Source of the DNA: Acidimicrobiia bacterium
GTDB taxonomy: Bacteria > Actinomycetota > Acidimicrobiia > Acidimicrobiales > JACDCH01
Length of the DNA: 64,000 bases
NCBI GenBank assembly: GCA_052387955.1
Contig: JBQTIQ010000017.1
Coordinates: forward strand, 8,319-72,318
Direction of reading: 5' to 3'
Shown: positions 1-13,111 of the stretch, piece after piece
How positions within the stretch are numbered: the first letter of the stretch is position 1
Layout: the number at the start of each line of letters is the position of its first letter
Notes under the pieces: generated by a model
Databases searched by the model: none
What the model was told of the DNA's origin: nothing
What the model saw: the letters and a program-made list of their open reading frames with translations, nothing else
Translations under genes and position numbers: made by a program

Positions 1-2200
<2,200 letters not shown>

Positions 2201-2304
2201 GATCTCCCGATACCCCCAGGGTTTCGCACCAGCAAATCTGCCCTTTTGCTAGTACGAACCTTGCGCCGAGAGCAACTTGCCACTGGGCCCCGGCCGAGCA
2301 CGGG

Positions 2305-3078
2305 CTACTTCCGAGCCGCGTAGCGGCGGTTCTTGAACTTGGCCCGGATGTAGTCGCGGTTCATCAGGGCGATGTAGTCGATGGAAATCGACTTGGGGCA
2401 GGCCGCCTCGCACTCGCCGTGGTTGGTGCAGGAGCCGAAGAACTCCTCCATGGTGTCGACCATCGCCTCGACCCGGGGATAGCGCTCGGCCTGGCCCTGG
2501 GGCAACAGGTTGAGATGGGAGACCTTGGCCGCAGTGAACAGCTGGGCGGCGCTGTTGGGGCAGGCGGCGACGCAGGCGCCACAGCCGATGCAGGCCGCGG
2601 CGTCGAAGGCGGCGTCGGCCACCTCCTTGGGGACCGGGGTGAGGTTGGCCTCGGGGGCGGCGCCGGTCGACACCGTGATGTACCCGCCCGACTCGATGAT
2701 GCGGTCGAGGGCGGAACGGTTGACGACGAGGTCCTTGACCACCGGGAAGGCCGCCGCCCGCCACGGTTCGACGTCGATGATGGCGCCGTCGCGAAAGTGG
2801 CGCATGTGGAGCTGGCAGGCGGCGGTGCCGCGCTGGGGGCCGTGGGCCTGGCCGTTGATCATCATCCCGCACGACCCACAGATCCCCTCACGGCAGTCGT
2901 GCTCGAAGGCGATCGGCTCGTCGCCCCGGTCGACCAGCCGGTCGTTGAGGATGTCGAGCATCTCCAGGAACGACATGTCCGGGCTGATGTCGGAGACGTG
3001 GTAGTTGACCATGCGCCCGGCCGTGTCGGGGCCTTCCTGGCGCCACACGCAGAGGGTGACCGAGATCGTGTTGGGCAT
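2305..3078 (-). CDS. sdhB: Succinate dehydrogenase/fumarate reductase iron-sulfur subunit
   Basis: This is the 3' part of ORF 2305..3231. I moved the start to ATG 3078 ([16 protein letters not shown]...), 13 nt after the sdhA stop. It has three Cys clusters: [22 protein letters not shown] and [12 protein letters not shown]. Confidence 0.9.
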   Translation of the reverse strand: MPNTISVTLCVWRQEGPDTAGRMVNYHVSDISPDMSFLEMLDILNDRLVDRGDEPIAFEHDCREGICGSCGMMINGQAHGPQRGTAACQLHMRHFRDGAIIDVEPWRAAAFPVVKDLVVNRSALDRIIESGGYITVSTGAAPEANLTPVPKEVADAAFDAAACIGCGACVAACPNSAAQLFTAAKVSHLNLLPQGQAERYPRVEAMVDTMEEFFGSCTNHGECEAACPKSISIDYIALMNRDYIRAKFKNRRYAARK

Positions 3079-3091
3079 TGGGGGCGTCTGC

Positions 3092-5059
<1,968 letters not shown>

Positions 5060-5091
5060 CTGCGGCGCTCCTTGCGCTGATGACCGGCCGG

Positions 5092-5149
5092 CCGAGCGAC
5101 CGCCAGGGAGCCGGACGGCGATGGGGTACGGGGGCGCAGCCCCCGAGCG
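5092..5149 (-). repeat. Family-A intergenic repeat copy in the sdhC-sdhA gap
   Basis: The minus strand reads cgctcgggggctgcgcccccgtaccccatcgccgtccggctccctggcggtcgctcgg. The core palindrome is GGGGGC-TGC-GCCCCC. It matches copies at 11.9, 20.7, 24.1, 36.6, 42.4 and 61.0 kb. Confidence 0.85.
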
Positions 5150-5156
5150 AAGACGC

Positions 5157-6014
5157 TCATCGATCGTCTTCTTCAGCTTCTGCCGCCACGATGGCTGCCG
5201 CCTTCTGGCACGGCACCCCGTTGTTGTTGGTCTCCTGGCAGACCTTGACCCGCTCGGCGTAGTCGAAGTCGATGATGCGGACCTGCACCGCGGCCGGGAA
5301 CCCGAGGTTCGCCCCGGCCACGCCGAGGGCGAAGAGGCGGGCCACCCACACCCGCCAACGGTTGAAGCGGGGCCGGTTCCACCCGAGCGTCTGTAGGAAC
5401 GAGTAGGCCCCGTGGAACATGTGGATGCCGAGGGCCATGTTGGCCGTCTGGTACAGCCCGGCGATGGCCGGCCGCCGGAAGCTGTTCACCATGTTGTTGA
5501 AGGGGTCGCCCCGAACGAAGGAGCCGTTGGCCGTCCCCCACGTCAGGTCAGCCAGGTGGAACACCAGGTAGAGGATCACGATGATGCCCGTGTACCGCAT
5601 CGTCCGCGATGCCCAGTTGGCCGCCACCATGTCGCGCTGGCTGACGTAGCGCTGGGGCCGGGCCCGGTGGTTCATCTTGGTGAGCTGGTACGCCGACATC
5701 ATGTGGAGGGCGAAGGCGATCATCAGCAGGCCGCGGATGCCCCACAGGATCCACGTGCGGGGCGCGAACGGGACCAGCAGGTTGCGCAGCCACTCGCCGT
5801 AGTGATTGAGGTCGTCGGCGCCGAGGAGGGCCTTGGCGTTGCCGAGCATGTGGAACAGCACGAACAGCAGCAGGAACAGCCCGCTGATGGCCATGACCCA
5901 CTTCTTGCCGACGGCCGAGCGGTAGAACTCGACCGCGTACCACCGGCTGTGGCGGACCGGACCGTTCACGACCGGGGTCGGCGCGCTGCTCAAGTCCAGT
6001 TGCGTCGCGCTCAC
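5157..6014 (-). CDS. sdhC: Succinate dehydrogenase cytochrome b subunit (b558-type, five-helix)
   Basis: ORF 5157..6014 with a GTG start. It is a multi-helix membrane protein with conserved His residues ([28 protein letters not shown]). It lies directly upstream of sdhA-sdhB on the same strand. Confidence 0.85.
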   Translation of the reverse strand: MSATQLDLSSAPTPVVNGPVRHSRWYAVEFYRSAVGKKWVMAISGLFLLLFVLFHMLGNAKALLGADDLNHYGEWLRNLLVPFAPRTWILWGIRGLLMIAFALHMMSAYQLTKMNHRARPQRYVSQRDMVAANWASRTMRYTGIIVILYLVFHLADLTWGTANGSFVRGDPFNNMVNSFRRPAIAGLYQTANMALGIHMFHGAYSFLQTLGWNRPRFNRWRVWVARLFALGVAGANLGFPAAVQVRIIDFDYAERVKVCQETNNNGVPCQKAAAIVAAEAEEDDR

Positions 6015-6158
6015 CGCACGAAACTACCGCCAGGGCCAGCATCGTTAGAAAATCGACACATACCAGTTGCGGATGGGACGTAGCGCTCGGACAGATGACC
6101 GCTCGGTCACCGTTCGTGCACCGGGGCACGAGCGATCGACGGGCCGGCCGTAGCGCTC

Positions 6159-7046
6159 TCAGCGGGTGCCGATGTCGCCCTGGAGCGTGCCTTCGATCTC
6201 GAACCCGCCGTCGACCGGCGTGACGCGGATCGAGTACGGGCCGTCGGGCAGGTTCACGCCGGCGAAGGGGGCTTCGGTCCCGTCGGGCTGCTCGACTACC
6301 AGCTCGCCTTCGAAGGCGGCGTTGCCGACGCCGTCGAAGCGGTCCGGGGTCTCGTTCAGCACGGTGTTGGCGCCGCCCCGGAAGGTCACGGTCGGGTTGG
6401 CGCCGGTCTCGAAGGTCACCTGGTCGACGGCCTCGTTGGTGGCGGTGCCGTCGCCGATGGCGACCGGGGTGTTGAGCGTGTAGGTGCCGGCGATGAACGC
6501 CACCGGGTCGAGGTTGAAGAACCCGAGCACGGTGGCGTCGGCGCTGATGTCGATGACGACCTGGTTGGCGAGGAGCTTTCCGCCGTCGCCCTCGAGCTGG
6601 AAGGGCACACCGGCGTCCCACTCGATCGACACCGGGCTCTCGTCGATGGTGACGCCGGTGATGGTGGCGCCGGAGCCGCCGCCGCGCTCGGGTGTGGTGA
6701 TGGCGAGCGGCGTCGCCAGAGGCGGCAGGCCGGCCACGCCCTCGAGATGGATGGCGGTGGCCATGCCCCGGACGATCACCTGGTTCCGGCCCGGCAGCAC
6801 GTCGGGGCCGAGGCCGGGGTTGTCGCTACCGCCGGCGGCGCTCCCGGTCCTCGCGGTGTCGTCCTGCCACTTGCGGTAGCCGATGGTCGTCACCGCCGCC
6901 GCCACGATCAACGCCGCCAGCAGCCCCACCAGGTACTGGGCCACCTCCGCCGGCTCGAGGCCGGCCACCAGCCGGCGGGCGTTGCCGGCTACCGCGGGCC
7001 CGTGGTCCTCGGTGGAGGCGGCGGCGTCGCCGGCGGGCCGGCTCAT
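6159..7046 (-). CDS. Hypothetical single-pass membrane-anchored protein with beta-rich extracytoplasmic domain
   Basis: This is the 3' part of ORF 6159..7340. I set the start at ATG 7046 (MSRPAGD...), because the longer ORF would run across the divergent AAA+ gene start. It has a TM helix (YLVGLLAALIVAAAVTTIGY). I recognise no family. Confidence 0.5.
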   Translation of the reverse strand: MSRPAGDAAASTEDHGPAVAGNARRLVAGLEPAEVAQYLVGLLAALIVAAAVTTIGYRKWQDDTARTGSAAGGSDNPGLGPDVLPGRNQVIVRGMATAIHLEGVAGLPPLATPLAITTPERGGGSGATITGVTIDESPVSIEWDAGVPFQLEGDGGKLLANQVVIDISADATVLGFFNLDPVAFIAGTYTLNTPVAIGDGTATNEAVDQVTFETGANPTVTFRGGANTVLNETPDRFDGVGNAAFEGELVVEQPDGTEAPFAGVNLPDGPYSIRVTPVDGGFEIEGTLQGDIGTR

Positions 7047-7064
7047 AGGTCCCGCAACCCCATC

Positions 7065-7116
7065 TGGTACTGGCGACGACCCGGTTGGTACCGGCGACGA
7101 CCCGGTGGTCGTCGCC
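7065..7116. promoter_or_regulatory. Candidate operator: 21-bp tandem direct repeat ending in a perfect 10-bp palindrome
   Basis: tggtacTggcgacgacccggt (7065-7085) is followed by tggtacCggcgacgacccggt (7086-7106). GGCGACGACC-cggt-GGTCGTCGCC spans 7093-7116. The element lies in the 199-bp divergent gap between genes 6159..7046(-) and 7246..8646(+). Confidence 0.35.
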
Positions 7117-7245
7117 CAGGTTGCAACCGATGAGCCGAAAGCGCGTTGCCACTGGATTCGCTCGCAAGCTCGCTCATCGGCCCAGATGTTGGCTGCTACC
7201 GGCGGCAAGGGGAAAGCGGCGGTGGCCACCGGTAGCTTGGCGGCC

Positions 7246-8646
7246 ATGTCCCGCCCCGCCACTCTCGGCCAGCTGCGCGAGTCGGGCTGGGCATCGGTGC
7301 CGGTCAAAGAAGAGGTGCGCGGCAACGCCCTCGCCCGCATCCGGGACGGCCAGGCGCTGTTCCCCGGAGTCCTCGGCTACGACGACACCGTCCTGCCCCA
7401 GCTCGAGAACGCGCTGCTCGCCGGCCACGACGTGATCTTCCTGGGCGAGCGGGGCCAGGCCAAGACGCGAATGATCCGCTCGATGGTCGAGCTGCTCGAC
7501 GAGATGCTGCCGGTGGTGGCCGGTTCGGAGATCCACGACGACCCGTACCACCCCGTCTCCCGTCACGCCCGCGACCTCATCCGCGAGCACGGGGACGACA
7601 CCCCAGTCGAATGGATCGGGCGCGACAGCCGCTTCGGCGAGAAGCTGGCCACCCCCGACACCTCGATCGCCGACCTCATCGGCGAGGTCGACCCCATCAA
7701 GGTGGCCGAGGGCCGATACCTGTCCGACGAGCTGACCCTGCACTACGGCCTGGTGCCCCGCACCAACCGCGGCATCTTCGCCATCAACGAGCTCCCCGAC
7801 CTGGCCGAGCGGATCCAGGTCGGCCTGCTCAACGTGCTCGAGGAACGCGACGTGCAGGTCCGTGGGTACAAGGTGCGCCTACCCCTCGACCTGCTGTTGG
7901 TGGCGTCGGCCAACCCCGAGGACTACACCAACCGGGGGCGGATCATCACCCCGCTCAAGGACCGCTTCGGCGCCCAGATCCGGACCCATTACCCCCTCGA
8001 GGTGGCGACCGAGATGGAGATCGCGGCCCAGGAGGCCCGCCCGCTCAGCGCCCCGGGCCTACGGGTGAGCATCCCCGGTTTCATGACCGAGGTGGTGGCC
8101 ACGATCTCGCACCTGGCCCGCCAGAACCCTCATGTCAACCAGCGTTCGGGGGTGTCGGTGCGGCTCACGGTGTCCAACACCGAGACGCTGGTGGCCAACG
8201 CCACCCGGCGGGCCGTACGCCAAGGCGAGATCGACGTCGTGCCCCGGGTGAGCGACCTCGAGGCGCTGGTGGCATCGACGGCGGGCAAGATCGAGATCGA
8301 GGCGCTCGAAGAGGGCCGCGACGAACAGGTCATCGAGCACCTCCTGCGGGCCGCCGTCCTGACCGTGTTCCGGGCGCGGGTCGGCGCCGAGACCGTCCGG
8401 GACGTGGTGGCCGCCTTCGACGGCGGCGTCGTGGTCCACACCGGCGACGACGTGGCCGCGGCCGACGAGGCCCGCCTCGTCGCCGAGGTGCCCGCCCTGC
8501 GCGCACCGGTGGCCGCGCTCACCGGTGGCGACGAGACCCCCGCGGCGGTGGCCAGCGCGGTCGAGATGATCCTCGAAGGCCTTCACCTGTCGAAGCGCCT
8601 GAACAAGGACTCCGTCGGCGCCCGGGCCACCTACCGCGCTCGGTAG
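7246..8646 (+). CDS. AAA+ ATPase, Mg-chelatase subunit I / MoxR-like
   Basis: This is the 3' part of ORF 6883..8646. I set the start at ATG 7246 (MSRPATLGQLRESGW...). It has a Walker A-like motif (FLGERGQAKTRM), a Walker B-like motif (GIFAINELPDL) and the segment LLLVASANPEDYTNRGRIITPLKDRF. Confidence 0.8.
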   Translation: MSRPATLGQLRESGWASVPVKEEVRGNALARIRDGQALFPGVLGYDDTVLPQLENALLAGHDVIFLGERGQAKTRMIRSMVELLDEMLPVVAGSEIHDDPYHPVSRHARDLIREHGDDTPVEWIGRDSRFGEKLATPDTSIADLIGEVDPIKVAEGRYLSDELTLHYGLVPRTNRGIFAINELPDLAERIQVGLLNVLEERDVQVRGYKVRLPLDLLLVASANPEDYTNRGRIITPLKDRFGAQIRTHYPLEVATEMEIAAQEARPLSAPGLRVSIPGFMTEVVATISHLARQNPHVNQRSGVSVRLTVSNTETLVANATRRAVRQGEIDVVPRVSDLEALVASTAGKIEIEALEEGRDEQVIEHLLRAAVLTVFRARVGAETVRDVVAAFDGGVVVHTGDDVAAADEARLVAEVPALRAPVAALTGGDETPAAVASAVEMILEGLHLSKRLNKDSVGARATYRAR

Positions 8647-8716
8647 ATCGTCGCTGGTCGGTGACAGCAGGCTTGCTCTGCGCCTCGCGGCACACCAGTC
8701 CGCTCGCGGGACGCGA

Positions 8717-9727
8717 TCAGCGGTCGGGCCACATCTCGGTGGCCAGCCGCGGGTTGCGGTCACGGTCGAAGAGGCCCCAGTGGGGGGCGAAGCCCTCGTG
8801 CCACTCGTAGCCGTCGATGGCGGTGCGCCACCAGAACGACCGCACATCGAGGCCGTCGAGCGAGACCGCTTCGGCCACCTGGTCGAGGGACGAGCGCAGC
8901 CGGTCGGCGCGCTCGTCCTCTTCGTCGGTGCCCACCCCGCACGCCGCCACCACCAGGGCGACGCCGTCGTCCTCCAGCCGTTCGGTGACCGAGCGAAGGG
9001 CGACCCGTAGCGTCCCGTCGTCGACGGCGGCGTGGGTGATGCCGATGGCGTCGAACACCTCGGCCTCGGCCCGCAACTCGTCGCCGGAGGGGAGCAGGGC
9101 CGAGCCGTGGGCGCTCACCACCGGCGCCGTCCCCCGCAGCACTGCGGCCGCCTCCAGCGTGGCCCGCAGGAGCGCGGCCCGGCCGGTGTAGAAGTCGTCC
9201 TCGTCCCGGCGGCCCGGGGGGATCAGGCCTTCCCCGTAGGCGGCCAGGGCGTAGGTCAACGGTTCCTGGACCGGGACCCAGCCCCGGACCAGGTCGCCGA
9301 AGCTCTCCGCCACCCAGTCGACATGGGCGGGCCACACCAGGCGGGCCATCTTCTCGTCGAGGAACCCCCGCTCGTCCTGGCTGAACCATCCGGGGAGGGA
9401 GAGGTGATGGAGGCAGGCCCAAGGCTCGACCCCGACGGCCCGCGCCGCTCGGAGCACGTCGCGGTAGTGCTCGACCGCGGCGAGGTCGTGGCGTCCCGGT
9501 CGGGGCTCCAGGCGCGCCCACTCCAGCGTGAGCCGGTGCGCCCGGATGCCGTGCTCGGCCATGGCCACGAAGTCCTCGGCGTAACGGCCGCGGGCGCCGT
9601 TGCCCTCCTCGGACCGCGGCACCCGGCCAGAGACCTCCCACGAGTACCAATCCGATGCCGGCGCCGCACCCTCGGCGCCGACCGAGGAAGTGACGGTGCC
9701 GGCGAGGACGTGGTGCGGCCATGCCAT
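8717..9727 (-). CDS. Glycoside hydrolase family 1-like protein, short, apparently lacking the catalytic nucleophile
   Basis: This is the 3' part of ORF 8717..9805. I set the start at ATG 9727 (MAWPHHVLAGTVTSSVGAEG...). GH1-like blocks are HRLTLEWARLEP, LHHLSLPGWF, VPVQEP (in place of NEP) and WRTAIDGYEWHEGFAPHWGLFDRD. The position of the TENG nucleophile motif reads VVAACGVG. Confidence 0.65.
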   Translation of the reverse strand: MAWPHHVLAGTVTSSVGAEGAAPASDWYSWEVSGRVPRSEEGNGARGRYAEDFVAMAEHGIRAHRLTLEWARLEPRPGRHDLAAVEHYRDVLRAARAVGVEPWACLHHLSLPGWFSQDERGFLDEKMARLVWPAHVDWVAESFGDLVRGWVPVQEPLTYALAAYGEGLIPPGRRDEDDFYTGRAALLRATLEAAAVLRGTAPVVSAHGSALLPSGDELRAEAEVFDAIGITHAAVDDGTLRVALRSVTERLEDDGVALVVAACGVGTDEEDERADRLRSSLDQVAEAVSLDGLDVRSFWWRTAIDGYEWHEGFAPHWGLFDRDRNPRLATEMWPDR

Positions 9728-9880
9728 CGGGCCAGCATGCCCGGCCCGCCGGGCTTCCCCTGTTCCTGAAGAGCGAGCGATGCGACCGCTTCGGTCCGAG
9801 GGCACGGCAGCCTCACCCCCCGGTGGCGATGGGTGCGGGGGACAGCCTCACAGGAAGGACTGGGCCGGTACCCTCGACCC

Positions 9881-11911
9881 ATGGCCCGGCCCAGCAGAGC
9901 GCGGTTCCGGTTCTCCCGTTGGGACGGCTCGCAGACCGGGTTCGACCTCGACGCCGACGCCGTCTTCGCCGAGATCAACGACGACCTCCTCTATCACGGC
10001 GACCTCAACGCTGCCTTGCGCCGCCTCATGCAGTCGGGCCTGCGCGACCGCAACGGCGACCACGTCCAAGGCCTGCGCGAGCTCATGGAACAGCTGCGCC
10101 GCCGCCGGCGCGACGAGCTCGAGCGTTACGACCTCGGTGGGGTCTACGACGATATCGCCCAGGAGCTGCGCGACGTGGTCGAGCTCGAGCACCGGTCGGT
10201 GGACGCCCAGGCCGAGGCCGCCCGCACCTCGGGCGACGAACGCCGCCGCGAGCTGGCCGAGGCGTCGGCGGCCGAGCGCCACCTCCAGCTCGACATGCTC
10301 GCCCCCGACCTCGCCGGCATGGTGCGCGACCTCCAGCAGTACGACTTCACCTCCGCCGAGGCTCGGCAGCGCTTCGAGGTGCTGCTCGACCGGCTCCGCC
10401 AACAGCTGGCCCAGAGCTACTTCAAACAGATGAGCGATGGCCTGCAAGGTCTCGATCCGGCCCAGCTCCAGCGCATGAAGGACATGTTCGCCGAGCTCAA
10501 CCAGATGCTGGCGCACCGCGACCAGGGCCAGGACACCCAGGGCGCCTTCGAGGGGTTCATGGACCGCTTCGGCGACATGTTCCCCGAAGGCCCCAGCACC
10601 CTCGACCAGCTGCTCGAGATCCTGGCCCAGCGCCTGGCGGCGATGCAGCGCATGTTGAACTCGATGACGCCCGAGCAGCGGGCGCAGCTGCAGGGCCTGG
10701 CCGAGGGGCTCCTGGCCGACATGGACCTGCGGTGGGAGCTCGACCAGCTGTCGGGCCACCTTCAGCAGCTGTTCCCGGAGATGGGGTGGGGGGACCGTTA
10801 CGACTTCAGCGGCCAGGACCCTCTGTCGCTGGCCGAAGCGGCGGCGCTGATGGAGCGCCTCGGCGACATCGACCAGCTCGAGAACCTCATGCGGGGCGCC
10901 AGTGCGCCGGGGGCCTTGGCCGAGGTCGACATCGACCGGGCTCGGGACCTCTTGGGCGACGAGGCCGCCGACAGCCTCGAGCGCATGGCCCAGTTGGCCA
11001 AGATGCTGGAGGAAGCCGGTCTCATCGAGCACCGCGAGGGCCGCTACGAGCTGACGCCGCGAGGCATACGCAAGATCGGGTCCGACGCGCTGTCCGACTT
11101 GTTCCGCAAGCTCGACCGTGACCGCCTCGGCAACCACGTGATCGCCCGGGCCGGCCTCGGCCACGAACGGGCCTACGAGACCAAGCCCTACGAGTTCGGC
11201 GACCCGTTCAACCTCGACATCGAACGGACCGTGCGCAACGCCATCAGCCGCCAGGGCTCCGGGACACCGGTGCGGCTCCGGCCTGACGACTTCGAGATCG
11301 AGCGCACCGAGGTGCTGTCCCAGACGTCGACGGTGCTGATGCTCGACCTGTCGTTGTCGATGCCGATGCGGGACAACTTCCTCGCCGCCAAGAAGGTGGC
11401 CATGGCCCTGCACTCGCTCATCACGTCGCAGTTCCCCCGGGACTACCTCGGGATCGTGGGGTTCTCGTCGGTCGCCCGCGAGCTCAAGCCGCACAACCTG
11501 CCCGAGGTGTCGTGGGACTTCGTGTACGGCACCAACATGCAGCACGGTTTCCGGTTGAGCCGCCACCTGCTGGGGCGGCGGAGCGGGACCCGCCAGATCA
11601 TCATGATCACCGACGGCGAGCCCACCGCCCACTTCGAACCGGGCATGGCCGAACCGTTCTTCTGCTATCCCCCGGTGCAGGAGACGGTCGACGCCACCAT
11701 GCGGGAGGTGGCACGCTGCACCCGCGACGGCATCCGCATCAACACCTTCATGCTCGACGCCACCAGCTACCTCAAGGATTTCATCGAGAAGCTCTCGAAG
11801 CTGAACGGCGGCCGCGCCTTTTTCACCACCCCCGAGACCCTGGGCGACTACGTCCTGGTCGACTTCGTCGAGCACCGCACCAGCCGCCGGGGCTCGGGCC
11901 GAGCCTCCTAG
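9881..11911 (+). CDS. von Willebrand factor A (VWA) domain protein with long helical N-terminal region
   Basis: This is the 3' part of ORF 9833..11911. I set the start at ATG 9881 (MARPSRARFRFSRWDG...). The C-terminal VWA domain has a MIDAS motif (VLMLDLSLSMPM ... IIMITDGEPTA). Confidence 0.8.
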   Translation: MARPSRARFRFSRWDGSQTGFDLDADAVFAEINDDLLYHGDLNAALRRLMQSGLRDRNGDHVQGLRELMEQLRRRRRDELERYDLGGVYDDIAQELRDVVELEHRSVDAQAEAARTSGDERRRELAEASAAERHLQLDMLAPDLAGMVRDLQQYDFTSAEARQRFEVLLDRLRQQLAQSYFKQMSDGLQGLDPAQLQRMKDMFAELNQMLAHRDQGQDTQGAFEGFMDRFGDMFPEGPSTLDQLLEILAQRLAAMQRMLNSMTPEQRAQLQGLAEGLLADMDLRWELDQLSGHLQQLFPEMGWGDRYDFSGQDPLSLAEAAALMERLGDIDQLENLMRGASAPGALAEVDIDRARDLLGDEAADSLERMAQLAKMLEEAGLIEHREGRYELTPRGIRKIGSDALSDLFRKLDRDRLGNHVIARAGLGHERAYETKPYEFGDPFNLDIERTVRNAISRQGSGTPVRLRPDDFEIERTEVLSQTSTVLMLDLSLSMPMRDNFLAAKKVAMALHSLITSQFPRDYLGIVGFSSVARELKPHNLPEVSWDFVYGTNMQHGFRLSRHLLGRRSGTRQIIMITDGEPTAHFEPGMAEPFFCYPPVQETVDATMREVARCTRDGIRINTFMLDATSYLKDFIEKLSKLNGGRAFFTTPETLGDYVLVDFVEHRTSRRGSGRAS

Positions 11912-12030
11912 ATCTGCTCGGTCCCGAGGAGGCTTGACGTCGTGACAAGTTCCTGGACCGAGCAGATGCCGACCGAGCGACCGCCACGGAGCCGGGCGGC
12001 GATGGGGGCCGGGGGGCGCAGCCCCCCAGC
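11908..12030 (-). repeat. 123-bp composite repeat (hairpin module plus family-A core), copy 1
   Basis: ctagatctgctcggtcccgaggaggcttgacgtcgtgacaagttcctggaccgagcagatgccgaccgagcgaccgccacggagccgggcggcgatgggggccggggggcgcagccccccagc. By hand it aligns without gaps to the reverse complement of 42369-42491 (about 110/123 identical). It contains the VWA gene stop codon TAG 11909-11911. Confidence 0.9.
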
Positions 12031-12101
12031 CAATGGCCGAGCGTCTGTCGGCCGACGTCAGCGGGCTGACGCCAGGGGCCGGGTGAACCGAGGCCCGGCC
12101 C

Positions 12102-12677
12102 TCACCGGACGCCGGTGCAGGAGGCCTCGGGGGTGCAGTCGACGATCACCGGGCCGGCCCTCCCGACGTCGACGGTGCCGAGGCGGAGGATCGTCCCGGC
12201 CGGGATCAGGGTGACGCCTTCGGCGGTCGTGGTCCGGGGGGCGTCGGCCAGGGACTCGGCCGTGAGTTCGTATGCGCCCGGTGCCACGGCCTCGAAGCTG
12301 GCGGAACCGTCCTCGAACGCCGCCCGTAGCTCACCACCGGGGCCGTCGAGCGCCGCCGTCCATCCCGGACCGGCAGAGAAGCGCACCTCGACGAGTGCCC
12401 CCGTCATCGCCTCGGGCCCCAGGCCGTTGGCCGTCGGCGCGGTGGCGGCGGCCAGCGTGGACCGCGGGCCGGGGTCGGGCCCAGGCGCACCGGACGGGAA
12501 CGGCGCCCTCGCCTCGACCCCGCCGCCGGAGCCCCCACAGCCGATGGCGACGACCAGCGCCACGGAGACGGTGACGACCGACGCTCGGTACCTGCCCGTG
12601 GCCTGACCCCCTCGTCGAGCGCCCGTGCGTGGCTCATTGTGCCCTCTGACGGAAGTCCCCCTTGCGCGCCGGGGCAC
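12102..12677 (-). CDS. Hypothetical secreted lipoprotein
   Basis: ORF 12102..12677 with a GTG start. It has a signal-like segment and a lipobox (VSVALVVAIGCGGSGGG). I recognise no family. The n-region is long, so the start is uncertain. Confidence 0.45.
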   Translation of the reverse strand: MPRRARGTSVRGHNEPRTGARRGGQATGRYRASVVTVSVALVVAIGCGGSGGGVEARAPFPSGAPGPDPGPRSTLAAATAPTANGLGPEAMTGALVEVRFSAGPGWTAALDGPGGELRAAFEDGSASFEAVAPGAYELTAESLADAPRTTTAEGVTLIPAGTILRLGTVDVGRAGPVIVDCTPEASCTGVR

Positions 12678-12801
12678 CGGAAGGCAAGATCACAATGCTG
12701 TAACTACAAGTGTGGTATGGGCCCAGGACCACACGACCGACGGGGAAGGGGCGCCCCGAACCACGGCGTCATCCGGGCCGGCCCGGGTCGAGGAGGCCAA
12801 C

Positions 12802-13083
12802 ATGCGCATCACCATCGCCACAGTCGAAGACGAACCAGGCGCTCGCGGTTGGCAGGACCTGGCCAACTGTCTCGGGGTCGATCCCGACCTCTTCTTCCCG
12901 GAGCGGGGGGCGTCGACCCGAGAGGCCAAGGAGGTGTGCCGGGGCTGCGTCGTGCGTGAGGACTGCCTCGAACACGCCCTGGTCAACGGCGAGAAGTTCG
13001 GCATCTGGGGAGGCATGAGCGAGCGCGAGCGGCGCCGCATCCGGCGCCAGCGGGCCCTGTCGCGCCGCGCTGCCGGCGCCTGA
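12802..13083 (+). CDS. WhiB-family transcriptional regulator
   Basis: This is the 3' part of ORF 12625..13083. I set the start at ATG 12802, preceded by GAGGAGG. It has the four-Cys WhiB pattern (C-x22-C-x2-C-x5-C in LANCLGVDPDLFFPERGASTREAKEVCRGCVVREDC), the G(I/V)WGG turn (GIWGGM) and a basic tail. Confidence 0.9.
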   Translation: MRITIATVEDEPGARGWQDLANCLGVDPDLFFPERGASTREAKEVCRGCVVREDCLEHALVNGEKFGIWGGMSERERRRIRRQRALSRRAAGA

Positions 13084-13111
13084 GGCTGTTCCCCGCCGTC
13101 CCGAGCCGAGC

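Noticed and set aside
9817-9850. Possible additional degenerate family-A cores at 9817-9850 (ggtggcgatgggtgcgggggacagcctcac), 6100-6125 (cggtcaccgttcgtgcaccgggg) and 57530-57596
   Set aside because: The similarity is limited to 20-30 nt of GC-rich sequence and could arise by chance. I mention these only as leads for a model-based search and have not annotated them.
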